This document shows positions 1 to 8,423 of a stretch of 24,000 nt of DNA, piece by piece. The position numbers were made by a program, and so were the translations under genes. Each line of letters starts with the position of its first letter. Within the stretch, counting starts at the first letter, position 1. A model generated the notes under the pieces. The model was given only the letters and a program-made list of their open reading frames with translations. It was not told the origin of the DNA and made no database searches. Source of the stretch: Dolichospermum sp. ST_sed8 (lineage in GTDB: Bacteria; Cyanobacteriota; Cyanobacteriia; Cyanobacteriales; Nostocaceae); the NCBI GenBank assembly GCA_028658405.1, contig JAKOGY010000010.1, forward strand, positions 1,607-25,606, given 5' to 3'.

Positions 1-896
1 TGATACTGTGGTCTGGTATCATTATATTGCTCATTTATTTCCAAACTAGCTACTCCTTTAAAATTACTGTTATTTTGAAGTCTATATTTGAAGTATTCTA
101 GTGACCATCTTTCAAATTTTTGCTGTTCTTCTCGGTATTCTAGCCATTTTGGTTTCCAATCTGAATCTGAGTTATTTCCTAAAAGTTTAGTTAAATGTTG
201 TGTATATGTTTCCGCAGCTTTCTGTTCTTTAGAATCTTTATAACTTGTTTTATATAATCCTGCATTACGAGCAACTGCGCGATTATGAAATAGTAGAAAT
301 AATTCGCCTTTATTTTTACTAACATAATCAGCTATAGAACAGATTTGCTCAAAAGTTACTCCTTTAACTCCAAAAGCATCTAGAAAAAATAATGTTGGAT
401 AGTTTTCTAATTCACTCATTATTTTATCCAATGCTTTATCAAATCTTTGATAATCATACACTTTATAGGATAATCCCTCACCTATTAAACTACAGTTAAT
501 ATTCAGGTTGTGGTTAAGTTCTTTATCTTCTTCAGTAAAAAAGCATCTTAAAATAACACGCTGCTCATCTCCAAATATTTTTGCTAATTTAAGAGCTATC
601 AAAGGTGAACCATCAGTATCTAAAAAATCAGTTTTATATCTGTTCCAAAAATCTGATTTATCCACAAAGTTTTCAATACCAATTCCTTCATCATATTTAC
701 CTTCTCCCGCAAAACCATCAACATAGTTCAGATATTTTGATTGAAAAGGCTTGCTACCACCTAAATTATAACAGAAAGCTTGTATATATCTCAGCATTAT
801 CCGATGTTTAGCAGCAGACCATGTTCTTTTACGTGTAAAAAATTTATTTGAATCTTTTGGTTCTTCATCAAATATAGATAATTGCGTTACTGACAT
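1..896 (-). CDS. TcmP-like protein (three-Cys-motif partner protein family), first 298 codons; 3' end runs off the window
   Basis: Absent from the ORF track because it has no stop in the window. I checked every minus-frame codon from the ATG (894..896) down to position 3 and found no stop. Translation starts MSVTQLSIFDEEPKDSNKFFTRKRTWSAAKHRIMLRYIQAF and contains YVDGFAGEGKY, DGSPLIALK and FFLDAFGVKG. These match the pattern I recall for the TcmP family (W..K...L..Y, hDGFAG, GSP, FLDxFG). Assignment is from memory only. Confidence 0.5.
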   Translation of the reverse strand, partial: MSVTQLSIFDEEPKDSNKFFTRKRTWSAAKHRIMLRYIQAFCYNLGGSKPFQSKYLNYVDGFAGEGKYDEGIGIENFVDKSDFWNRYKTDFLDTDGSPLIALKLAKIFGDEQRVILRCFFTEEDKELNHNLNINCSLIGEGLSYKVYDYQRFDKALDKIMSELENYPTLFFLDAFGVKGVTFEQICSIADYVSKNKGELFLLFHNRAVARNAGLYKTSYKDSKEQKAAETYTQHLTKLLGNNSDSDWKPKWLEYREEQQKFERWSLEYFKYRLQNNSNFKGVASLEINEQYNDTRPQY

Positions 897-941
897 TGCT
901 TAACCTCAAGAAATAAATACAACATCTAATGCCTGTATTCT

Positions 942-971
942 AGGTTAGCAAATGTAAGTAAAATTTGTCAA
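942..971 (-). promoter_or_regulatory. possible sigma70-type promoter for the TcmP-like gene
   Basis: Minus strand reads TTGACA (971..966), 18 nt, TAACCT (947..942), about 45 nt upstream of the ATG at 896. Motif match only. Confidence 0.2.
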
Positions 972-1029
972 AAATATAACAATTTATGAAGAGATTTAAC
1001 TTTTGAGAAAACAAAAAAATATCTAGCAC

Positions 1030-2160
1030 TTATCTTAATGTCCGAAATATTACCCTTCCTGGATATTCTTCCTGATTAATTCTGGCATACACTCGCAAAC
1101 AAGTTAATACTTCACCAGGATTACCACCACAATCTAATTGCAAGTCATCTTTAGAAAATTCACAAACATCAGCATACAGTCCTGATAACTGTTTAATTCG
1201 AACTTCATTACCTGCTTTAATAGCTTTATCAGCGGCTTTTCTGAGAATAAGACGAGATTCTTTTTGTAATTTCCCCCACCAGGAATAACGTTCAGCAGGG
1301 GGGATAAATACTAGAGAATGGATGGCTTCATCCATGTCAATCCAAGCACATAGGTTAACAATTGTATCAGTATATTCCTCGGATTTTTGAGTTCGATGAA
1401 AGCGATCACTTAATGCATCAATATATTGATGACGTTGTTCTAATTTGGAATATAAAGAAACAATATCAAAGCTAAAAACACTTTTTAAAGCATGATGTAA
1501 ATCTGGATCTATTTCCATAAATTTAATATATAAAAGTAAAAAGCCGGCGATTAAATGTAGGTTTTCTGATAAATTATTTTGGGCAATTTCTGAATTTACC
1601 AGGGCTTTTTGAGATAAACATAGTCCTTTTGCTTTAACTGTACCACTCAACCCCGGATAAATAATTTCATCCCGCACAAATGGTAATTTATCCAGATTTC
1701 TATTATCTACAACTGCACCGACTTCCTCTGCCAATTTCAAAGCCTTTTGTCGCCAAGATGTAGCTAAATCTTCGGGAACGCGTAATAATTTTCTATGAAT
1801 TTCATTCCATATTTCCGCATCAATTTGACTTTGGATATGAGAATTACCTAAATAACAATTTAATTCAGAATCACAATTAAAGGCTTCTTTTAATTTTAAT
1901 AATTTTAATTCATTTGTTAATTTAGGTTGTTTTAGATCCCCGACTTCTTGAAGAAGTTGGGGATTTAGGGATTCTGAGGATGGTAGTTGTAATATTTGAT
2001 CAAGTTCTTGTAGAAGTTCTGCACATAAATTAAATCCAGGATCAAATGGGTATTCTTGATTGGCTTTTGTTAAAGTTGCAGCTAATCCATATAAATTAAA
2101 TCGTAATATTTTAGCTAATTCTGAGTTTTCTATGGTTAGTAATTTATGTAAGTGCTGCAT
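1030..2160 (-). CDS. hypothetical protein, 376 aa, third gene of the dynamin-like/Hsp70-like cluster
   Basis: The track ORF 1030..2406 is trimmed to the internal ATG at 2158..2160 (MQHLHKLLTIENSELAKIL...). The upstream 82 codons read through a palindromic repeat and overlap the end of the previous gene. I recognise no motifs. It has few prolines or glycines and a leucine-rich heptad-like texture, so it is probably mostly helical. Confidence 0.7.
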   Translation of the reverse strand: MQHLHKLLTIENSELAKILRFNLYGLAATLTKANQEYPFDPGFNLCAELLQELDQILQLPSSESLNPQLLQEVGDLKQPKLTNELKLLKLKEAFNCDSELNCYLGNSHIQSQIDAEIWNEIHRKLLRVPEDLATSWRQKALKLAEEVGAVVDNRNLDKLPFVRDEIIYPGLSGTVKAKGLCLSQKALVNSEIAQNNLSENLHLIAGFLLLYIKFMEIDPDLHHALKSVFSFDIVSLYSKLEQRHQYIDALSDRFHRTQKSEEYTDTIVNLCAWIDMDEAIHSLVFIPPAERYSWWGKLQKESRLILRKAADKAIKAGNEVRIKQLSGLYADVCEFSKDDLQLDCGGNPGEVLTCLRVYARINQEEYPGRVIFRTLR

Positions 2161-2188
2161 GATTTTGTGAGGATGAAAATAGAAAAAA

Positions 2189-2265
2189 GTAGGTTGGATT
2201 AAGCGACAGCGCAACCCAACACAAGAATTAATAATGTTGGGTTTCCTTATGTCAACCCAACCTAC
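2189..2265. repeat. 77-bp palindromic MITE-like small repeat (GTAGGTTGG...CCAACCTAC)
   Basis: Terminal inverted repeats are gtaggttgg / ccaacctac. An internal pair is aacccaaca / tgttgggtt. It sits exactly in the gap between two co-directional genes. It resembles the small dispersed palindromic repeats typical of Nostocales genomes. Confidence 0.6.
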
Positions 2266-2275
2266 GGAATTAAAG

Positions 2276-5200
2276 CTAATGAATACCAGAAAATGGATCA
2301 CGTTCTTTATCAACTTCATTGGGTTGTAATTCCAATTCTGCTTGATAAACACATCCTTCCTCTTGCAGACATTCTTGATTATTAGATTTCCAATAAGGAA
2401 CTGCACCAGCGTGCATTCTTAATATTCCTGTATTATCAAGAGTTACATGATATTGACAAGGATAATCTGTGATAATATCCGGTCTGCTGAGTGTACCAAT
2501 CCGGATCCATTTTTTAGTATTGGTTTCATTATCAGTTTGATAAATATAGAAGGTATGTTGACCACTTTGGGGAAATGGTGGCAATGATTTACTAATTAAT
2601 CCTGTTCCTGGTTGCTTCACACCATCCTGTAAATAATGAAATGTTTCTATTAATTTACTATCATCATTATTATCAATTGCAAATACTAAATGATAAGCAT
2701 GAGGTTGATCAACTGTTGCTGACTCTAAAACATTCACAGCAATATCACCATCATTTAAGTTGTGTTGATGGTTTTCTATAGCAATATTCCATTTTAAATT
2801 GCCATCAGCAAACAAGGTATTTTCAGCAGATTTAGATACAACTAAATTCACATCAATACCAGTTACATCTATTAAATAATGGGGATTACCTCGACATAGT
2901 AAAACACTAAATTGTAAAGCTTGATCAATCTCAAATTGAACCTTAATTTTTTTGAGAAATTCCTGTTCTTCCATTCCCAATTTATCCATCAATATTTTAC
3001 CATCAAAACTTCCCCACAGGCGAAAAGTGCCGTTTTCATAATCTTGACGATGGATAATATTAGTTAATTGTATTCCCTGCCAAGGTGTCCGCACCTTCGC
3101 AACAGTATCCCAAGGTGCAAGTTGATATAATTCTTGCCCAGCATTAAAAATAGCTAAGGGTTCGTTACTTTGAGTTTTGCGTTTGAAGTTACAAGGAAGA
3201 TAATAAAACAGGTTTTTGACATCAATTTCTAATTGATTTGCACCTTTGCGTAACAAATTTTTAGACTCTTCAGGATCAAATCGAAAGCGACGCAGTTTTT
3301 CAGCATAACAAGCACCTGCGGAAGTAGCAAGTTTGGTAAATTCTAAAACAAATGTAATTCGTTCTGAATTCCAAACAAAATAGGGTGATTGACTAAATTC
3401 TTCGTAAATTTGTTGTTGAACAAGATCAAGACTACAAGTTTTGCCAGAAAGAATTAACCAATCTACTTTTTGATTAGGTTCTGAACTTAGACGGCTTTCC
3501 ATTAGGCCCTTTGCAATACCAATTGCTTCTTTAATAGAAGACATAGCAGCCCGGTCAAATTGCTCATTATCTAAGGTTATAGAAATAGATTCAGAACTTC
3601 TCACTTGAAATTTAACAGAACTTTGGGACAGCAGTTCGCCAATTTGTTGTTCGTTTAAAGTGAAGGTTAATAAAGAACCATCTGTGGGTGGTTTTTGTCC
3701 TAATTTGAGTTTAGCAGCTTCAGCATGATCCCACAATGTGTAAAAGGTTTGCAGGCGTTGAGTTGCTTGTTGCCAACGGGTTGGTAATACTTTTTCGGCT
3801 GTATCTAGGGCATCTTTAAAGGCAACGTCACCTTCGGGATTTTCTTTATCTATACATTTTAACAAACTTCCAGTTTTAAATTTTCCATCTTCTAAAAAAC
3901 GGTCATTTAATTCGGAGTTAATTAAGTCTTCTAATTTGTCGCTTTCGATGTCACCTATAGTTACTGCGGTGAGAAGAAAATCAGAAATAGCAACTTTCAA
4001 AAGGCGGAAAATTCGTAAAGTAATTAATTCACCACCTAATTGTAAATGTCCAGAAGAACCTAATAGCTTGGGAGTAAGTTTATAGTAACGTCCTCCTAGT
4101 CCTCTATCTTCATTGTCTGCAAAGAAAGGAGTCTTATCTTCTAGGGTAAGTTCAATTAGAGCTAAGTCAGTTGTACCTCCACCAATATCTAAAACCAGGA
4201 CATTTTGTGACCATTTGTTCCCATTTTGATGACAGCGAGTTTTAAAAGATTCAATACCGATATTGAGATTACCGCCAAATTCTCGCCAAAGGAAAAATAT
4301 CGCTACAGAAACAGCTTCGTCATAGGCTGTCTGCACATCATCAATTCCTAATTCCTGTACTAGGTTCTTAATTTCTTTTCTCACTACAGGAGGGGCAACG
4401 GTGGGATAGGTAACAACTGCTGTGAGAAAATCGCCTTCAGAAAATCTGCGTCTACCCCGTTGACGATAATCTTCTGTTAATTCAATTAATTGCGCCCAAG
4501 CTGCTTGAATTAAGTGATTAACTTGAATATTTTCTTCATCTTCTTCTAAGATAATAGGGAAAGAGCGATTTTGTCCAAAATAGCGTTTGGGTGAATGGTG
4601 GAATCTGCTAATAATTTCTTTGACAGAAACAGTTGTTCCTTGGGCTATGGCTTTTTTTCTATTATCTCTGGCATCTCTACCCATGCGGAGTTTTAATGGG
4701 ATTAATTGCGAGACTTCCATTTCGCTGGGAATTTCTGTACTGCGTCTGTCAATATCTAAAACTACGGGAATTAAATTTTGTGATTCTAATGTGGGAACGC
4801 GAAACACTTCATGATATATAGCATAAAGTTTTTTGCTAACAGCCCGCCGAAATCTATCACTTGTTCCTAAACATAATTCAATTTGCCGAATTGCTTCTAA
4901 AAATAATTCTTTGTTATCACTTTCAAAAATTTCACTTAATTGTTCTGATTCTATTTCTAAGTTTTTGCTAATATCAGCCAGAAATTTTTCCCACTCACCA
5001 CTACTAACATCTGGTAAGGCTAAATCTGGTACTGAACTGAGCCATTCAGCCATGCGTTCTCTTAATCTCAATTCTTGTTCTCTGGGTAAAACTTCGGCAA
5101 TGGGGACTTCAATGGGATCAAAAAGTGTCACTGTAGAGTTAGAAGTACCAAAATCTAAAGCTAACCAACCAGGAAATCTTTTTCTTTGTTTTTCGTTGAG

Positions 5201-5692
5201 TTTTTCACTGAGTTGTTGACTTAAATTATTTAGATAGGTGTCAAATTGCGAAGTATTCATGGCTGGATAATTTTTTGTAGATGACTTTGATGGTTTTTCT
5301 AAATTGGGTATAAACCAAAGATCACATTCAGCACATACATGATTAGATATAGACAAATGTGGTTTTCCCTCAGCGTCAGAGTCAAAATATTCGATAATTA
5401 CTTTTAAAGTACAATCAACTATTGTAATTAAAGGTGAATCTAACTGACAGGGATTTTGTCCTAATTGACAAATAGTAGAAATCTTTTTGGGTGTGGCTGA
5501 GTCAAGTTGTCTATAACTGCTTTGAATTTGTGCTGCTAATTGATATGGTGTACCTCTAACTATGCAGGTAATCCGAGAAATATGGGGAATGTTGCTGTTA
5601 ATAGGGACAATTTGAATGGTGGGTAGATGCAACTGTGTGTTTTCTTTGATACCTAATTTAAAGCTAGGTAAAAGCTGAATTTCCACAGGCAT
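2276..5692 (-). CDS. large Hsp70/actin-fold ATPase-like protein (1138 aa) with non-canonical N- and C-terminal domains
   Basis: Phosphate-1 motif is LALDFGTSNSTV (DFGTSNS at 5135..5155). AVVTYPTVAPPVVRKE aligns with DnaK AVITVPAYFND. AYDEAVSVAIFF aligns with IINEPTAAALAY. Phosphate-2 motif is VLVLDIGGGTTDLALIE (4166..4189). GHLQLGGELITLRIF aligns with GDTHLGGEDFD. DWLILSGKTCSLDLVQQQI aligns with VILVGGSTRIP.VQ. AAGGA lies 9 nt upstream of the ATG at 5692. Confidence 0.85.
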   Translation of the reverse strand: MPVEIQLLPSFKLGIKENTQLHLPTIQIVPINSNIPHISRITCIVRGTPYQLAAQIQSSYRQLDSATPKKISTICQLGQNPCQLDSPLITIVDCTLKVIIEYFDSDAEGKPHLSISNHVCAECDLWFIPNLEKPSKSSTKNYPAMNTSQFDTYLNNLSQQLSEKLNEKQRKRFPGWLALDFGTSNSTVTLFDPIEVPIAEVLPREQELRLRERMAEWLSSVPDLALPDVSSGEWEKFLADISKNLEIESEQLSEIFESDNKELFLEAIRQIELCLGTSDRFRRAVSKKLYAIYHEVFRVPTLESQNLIPVVLDIDRRSTEIPSEMEVSQLIPLKLRMGRDARDNRKKAIAQGTTVSVKEIISRFHHSPKRYFGQNRSFPIILEEDEENIQVNHLIQAAWAQLIELTEDYRQRGRRRFSEGDFLTAVVTYPTVAPPVVRKEIKNLVQELGIDDVQTAYDEAVSVAIFFLWREFGGNLNIGIESFKTRCHQNGNKWSQNVLVLDIGGGTTDLALIELTLEDKTPFFADNEDRGLGGRYYKLTPKLLGSSGHLQLGGELITLRIFRLLKVAISDFLLTAVTIGDIESDKLEDLINSELNDRFLEDGKFKTGSLLKCIDKENPEGDVAFKDALDTAEKVLPTRWQQATQRLQTFYTLWDHAEAAKLKLGQKPPTDGSLLTFTLNEQQIGELLSQSSVKFQVRSSESISITLDNEQFDRAAMSSIKEAIGIAKGLMESRLSSEPNQKVDWLILSGKTCSLDLVQQQIYEEFSQSPYFVWNSERITFVLEFTKLATSAGACYAEKLRRFRFDPEESKNLLRKGANQLEIDVKNLFYYLPCNFKRKTQSNEPLAIFNAGQELYQLAPWDTVAKVRTPWQGIQLTNIIHRQDYENGTFRLWGSFDGKILMDKLGMEEQEFLKKIKVQFEIDQALQFSVLLCRGNPHYLIDVTGIDVNLVVSKSAENTLFADGNLKWNIAIENHQHNLNDGDIAVNVLESATVDQPHAYHLVFAIDNNDDSKLIETFHYLQDGVKQPGTGLISKSLPPFPQSGQHTFYIYQTDNETNTKKWIRIGTLSRPDIITDYPCQYHVTLDNTGILRMHAGAVPYWKSNNQECLQEEGCVYQAELELQPNEVDKERDPFSGIH

Positions 5693-5780
5693 TTTTGATG
5701 TTCCTTTTTTTGTTGATTAATAATTCATTGATAGTGCATTTCCCTAATGTTTATTTATTTGAATAATATGGATTAAATGA

Positions 5781-5820
5781 ACCACGAAGGAGCGAAGGAC
5801 ACGAAGGAAGAAGGAAGAAA
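5781..5820. repeat. short tandem CGAAGGA-type repeat in the intercistronic gap
   Basis: The plus strand reads accaCGAAGGAgCGAAGGACACGAAGGAAGAAGGAAGAAA, starting 8 nt beyond the dynamin-like gene stop (5828..5830). This is a repeat type I recall as common in Nostocales intergenic DNA. Confidence 0.5.
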
Positions 5821-5827
5821 CTACCAA

Positions 5828-8386
5828 TTAAATATAGCTGAATAGTTCGGCTTCATTAATTGTGGCAATATCGGTTAAAATTTCTAACCAAGCAGGAATG
5901 GCTAATTCAGCTTGTGAATCTCTAGCAGCAATATATCTGAGTAGTGTTTCTTTTTTGGCAAGGTTTTGCAAACTGGGAATTATTTGATCTAAAATTCCAT
6001 TGATTTCTATATTTACTTGTTGATTGCTTTCACTTACATACTGGACAAGGTGAAGACTAGCACTAGCGGTAATTTCATCTCGCAGTCGGAGGACGAAAAG
6101 TTGATGATTCGTGCTTCTAGATGGGTTTTGATTTCTTTCGGGAGACCAATCAAAAATTTGCCCTATACTATGTTTTTCATCTTGTTTAGCTAGAGGAAAA
6201 ATACTTTCTGGTTTGATACTTTGATCATGGTTATTGATTTCGGCAATTATGGCTTCTTTCCACTGACGAGGATCACATCCTAATAACAGTTTATAAAATA
6301 AGTCGGCTTCTTCAAGTCCAAATTTTTCTTCAATTTCTTGTTCCATTTCTGGCTGAAGAATGGCTTGCAGTTTTTCCCGTTCTAATGTGATTTGATGTGC
6401 CATTGAGCTTAATAAGTCTATCACGGCTTGACGAATGCGATCGCTCGCAAAGGTTTCCAATTCTTTGACTGTTTTCTCAAAGGCTGGATAAAAGTCATCA
6501 CTCTTAGTTGGTAAGGAGGTATTTACCCGATTTCCTCTATCAAATAATTTCCCTGCTGCACCTTTAAATTCTGCTAAGGTAATTGTGCCATTTTGGACTT
6601 TATTAAATAGTAATGTCCATTGACTCCAATTTAAAATTCTCAATGTTAGTTCATCTTTAATGACATCACTAACTACAATTCCTCTCCGATCTTTTAGTTG
6701 TTCTTTCCCTAAACCTTTTTGGAAGTTTCTATAGATTTTATCTAAACTTTCTATGGCTAATCGCAGTTCCATTAACGCCGGAGTATCAACTGTGGGTATG
6801 CCTTGTTCATGAATTTCGGCAATAATCTCTTTGAGATATTCTTGTTGTTGACGAATTACATCAGCAGCCCGACGGCTATCTTCATACAATTGTTTTAACC
6901 CGTGATTAGCAACATGAGTTTGAATTAATTCTCTTAATTTACTAATACCGCCATCTTGGGCAAAATAACCTAATTGTTTTCCTAATTGATTTCGTCCATC
7001 TACTGCTAATAAACCTTCGCTTAAATCACCCCATTTCTGTTGTAGTTTCTTTGGTCTTTCCAAATAATCAGGATAATCTAAATTGGCGAGAAATTCCTCA
7101 GAACCAGCTTTCACTTGACTAGAACGTTTAGCCAATTCAGCTAATCCTAACAGGGGTGATAATAAAACAATTCTGTCTTTTTGAGAAGTGAATGCTTCAG
7201 CCCCATCAATAATGGTTTTGAGAACTTTCAATTTTTGGAAAACTGTATTTGTTTGTAAAGGTTGAAGATTAGATTGATTAGCAATTAATAAATCTAGTTC
7301 CCTTTCCCCACCTTCACTTTCTAAAGGTAGTTGATCAAAACGTCCCACACCTACAAGAATTAAGTCTTTTAGGTCTTGTCCAGGGCGTTTTTGCTGCATC
7401 ATTGTGAAAATTTTATTGGCGCGATCGCTCCCTGGCGATTTACCATTAAGTAAGACTAAAATTGTCTGTACCTGTGTCAATTCTCGCAATGATAAAAATG
7501 TATCTCTAGTTCCAGAATTAGCCGCACCCAAACCGGGAAAATCTAACAGGACAAATTCTTCTGCACCTGTCACATCCCAAATTTCTCTTGATATTTTCAC
7601 TTCAATATCAACGCGACGAATTAAGAGAAAACTAGTTTGTAATAATTGCGTCCCTAATCTTTGTGGCGCGTTTGGTAAGCGAATAGGTGCTGCTGGTAAA
7701 TCCTCAAATTTGAGAGATTGAATCGCCATGGGCATTTCTGCCAGTTGTAAACCTTCACGGGCGGTGATAGCATCAATTTGGTAAAAGCGACCGCATAAAG
7801 CCTCACCATAAGCCTGATAAGCCCGCAAAAATGACAATAACTCCCGCACCAAATAACGCAACTCTAAATTATTTGAGCTTTTCCAAACTTCCTCACACCA
7901 AATACTGATATCTTTACCAGTTTTAATTTTAACTACCTGTAAAGGTGTCACCCCAGCAGACGTAGCGCGACGGTTTGCTTCTTTGAGCATGAAGTGTAAG
8001 CACTCATTCACCCCTTCGTGGGATAAATATTCTACCGTATAATTATTTACTTGGGTAGTTGCAAAACCATCTTGAGGTTTAACATGAATAGCTGTGACAT
8101 TACCAGTTGTCGGATTTTCACTCACTGGTAAAGCGTCCGCATAACCAATCAGACTTCCTAGCAACAAACTTTTACCGCTGCTAAATTCCCCCATTACGCC
8201 GATTTTCACCGGTGAGGTTGCCAGTTTTACCGTGTTTTCAGCCGCTTCTCGTAACCGCAACAAACAATCATCCAGACTAGTGGGAACCCAATCTTCCTCC
8301 TGGGAAGGGCGTTGGGGTACTGAGTCAATTTTGCGGAGGATAAATTCACCGTACTCTTTCAATCGTGCCAGCTTATCTGGTTCCAT
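5828..8386 (-). CDS. dynamin-family (bacterial dynamin-like) GTPase, 852 aa
   Basis: G1 P-loop is GVMGEFSSGKSLLLGSL (GEFSSGKS at 8168..8191). G2 candidate threonines lie in NPTTGNVTAI. G3 is LLDFPGLG (DFPG at 7532..7543). The G4-like motif is LVGVGRFDQL (GRFD at 7334..7345). A long C-terminal region of about 500 aa follows, as in dynamin-like stalk/paddle regions; its likely helical nature is a guess from composition. Confidence 0.8.
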   Translation of the reverse strand: MEPDKLARLKEYGEFILRKIDSVPQRPSQEEDWVPTSLDDCLLRLREAAENTVKLATSPVKIGVMGEFSSGKSLLLGSLIGYADALPVSENPTTGNVTAIHVKPQDGFATTQVNNYTVEYLSHEGVNECLHFMLKEANRRATSAGVTPLQVVKIKTGKDISIWCEEVWKSSNNLELRYLVRELLSFLRAYQAYGEALCGRFYQIDAITAREGLQLAEMPMAIQSLKFEDLPAAPIRLPNAPQRLGTQLLQTSFLLIRRVDIEVKISREIWDVTGAEEFVLLDFPGLGAANSGTRDTFLSLRELTQVQTILVLLNGKSPGSDRANKIFTMMQQKRPGQDLKDLILVGVGRFDQLPLESEGGERELDLLIANQSNLQPLQTNTVFQKLKVLKTIIDGAEAFTSQKDRIVLLSPLLGLAELAKRSSQVKAGSEEFLANLDYPDYLERPKKLQQKWGDLSEGLLAVDGRNQLGKQLGYFAQDGGISKLRELIQTHVANHGLKQLYEDSRRAADVIRQQQEYLKEIIAEIHEQGIPTVDTPALMELRLAIESLDKIYRNFQKGLGKEQLKDRRGIVVSDVIKDELTLRILNWSQWTLLFNKVQNGTITLAEFKGAAGKLFDRGNRVNTSLPTKSDDFYPAFEKTVKELETFASDRIRQAVIDLLSSMAHQITLEREKLQAILQPEMEQEIEEKFGLEEADLFYKLLLGCDPRQWKEAIIAEINNHDQSIKPESIFPLAKQDEKHSIGQIFDWSPERNQNPSRSTNHQLFVLRLRDEITASASLHLVQYVSESNQQVNIEINGILDQIIPSLQNLAKKETLLRYIAARDSQAELAIPAWLEILTDIATINEAELFSYI

Positions 8387-8423
8387 AGAGTAGTCTTTCG
8401 TTTGAGTTCATTTTCACAACTGG

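Noticed and set aside
508-811. Plus-strand ORFs of 72 and 68 aa
   Set aside because: They are antisense to the continuous 298-codon TcmP-like ORF, which I verified codon by codon. They are most likely spurious.
2161-2406. N-terminal 82 codons of the track ORF 1030..2406 (MQFLIGNLIIKNV...)
   Set aside because: This part overlaps the 3' end of the Hsp70-like gene and reads through the 77-bp palindromic repeat. The peptide looks like translated repeat or AT-rich DNA. The internal ATG at 2160 gives a clean gene.
4587-5219. Three plus-strand ORFs (75, 62 and 128 aa) antisense to the Hsp70-like gene
   Set aside because: They lie entirely inside a long, motif-supported minus-strand CDS. The peptides are low-complexity and Ser/Leu-rich, as is typical of antisense frames in AT-rich DNA. 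I saw no RBS or family signature.
2276-5692. Calling the 1138-aa protein DnaK/HscA
   Set aside because: Only the nucleotide-binding-fold motifs match. It is nearly twice the size, lacks a canonical SBD/lid and C-terminal tail, and has no dnaJ, grpE or hscB neighbours.
7404-7721. 105-aa plus-strand ORF antisense to the dynamin-like gene
   Set aside because: It is embedded opposite the G3 region of a well-supported CDS and shows no recognisable motif.
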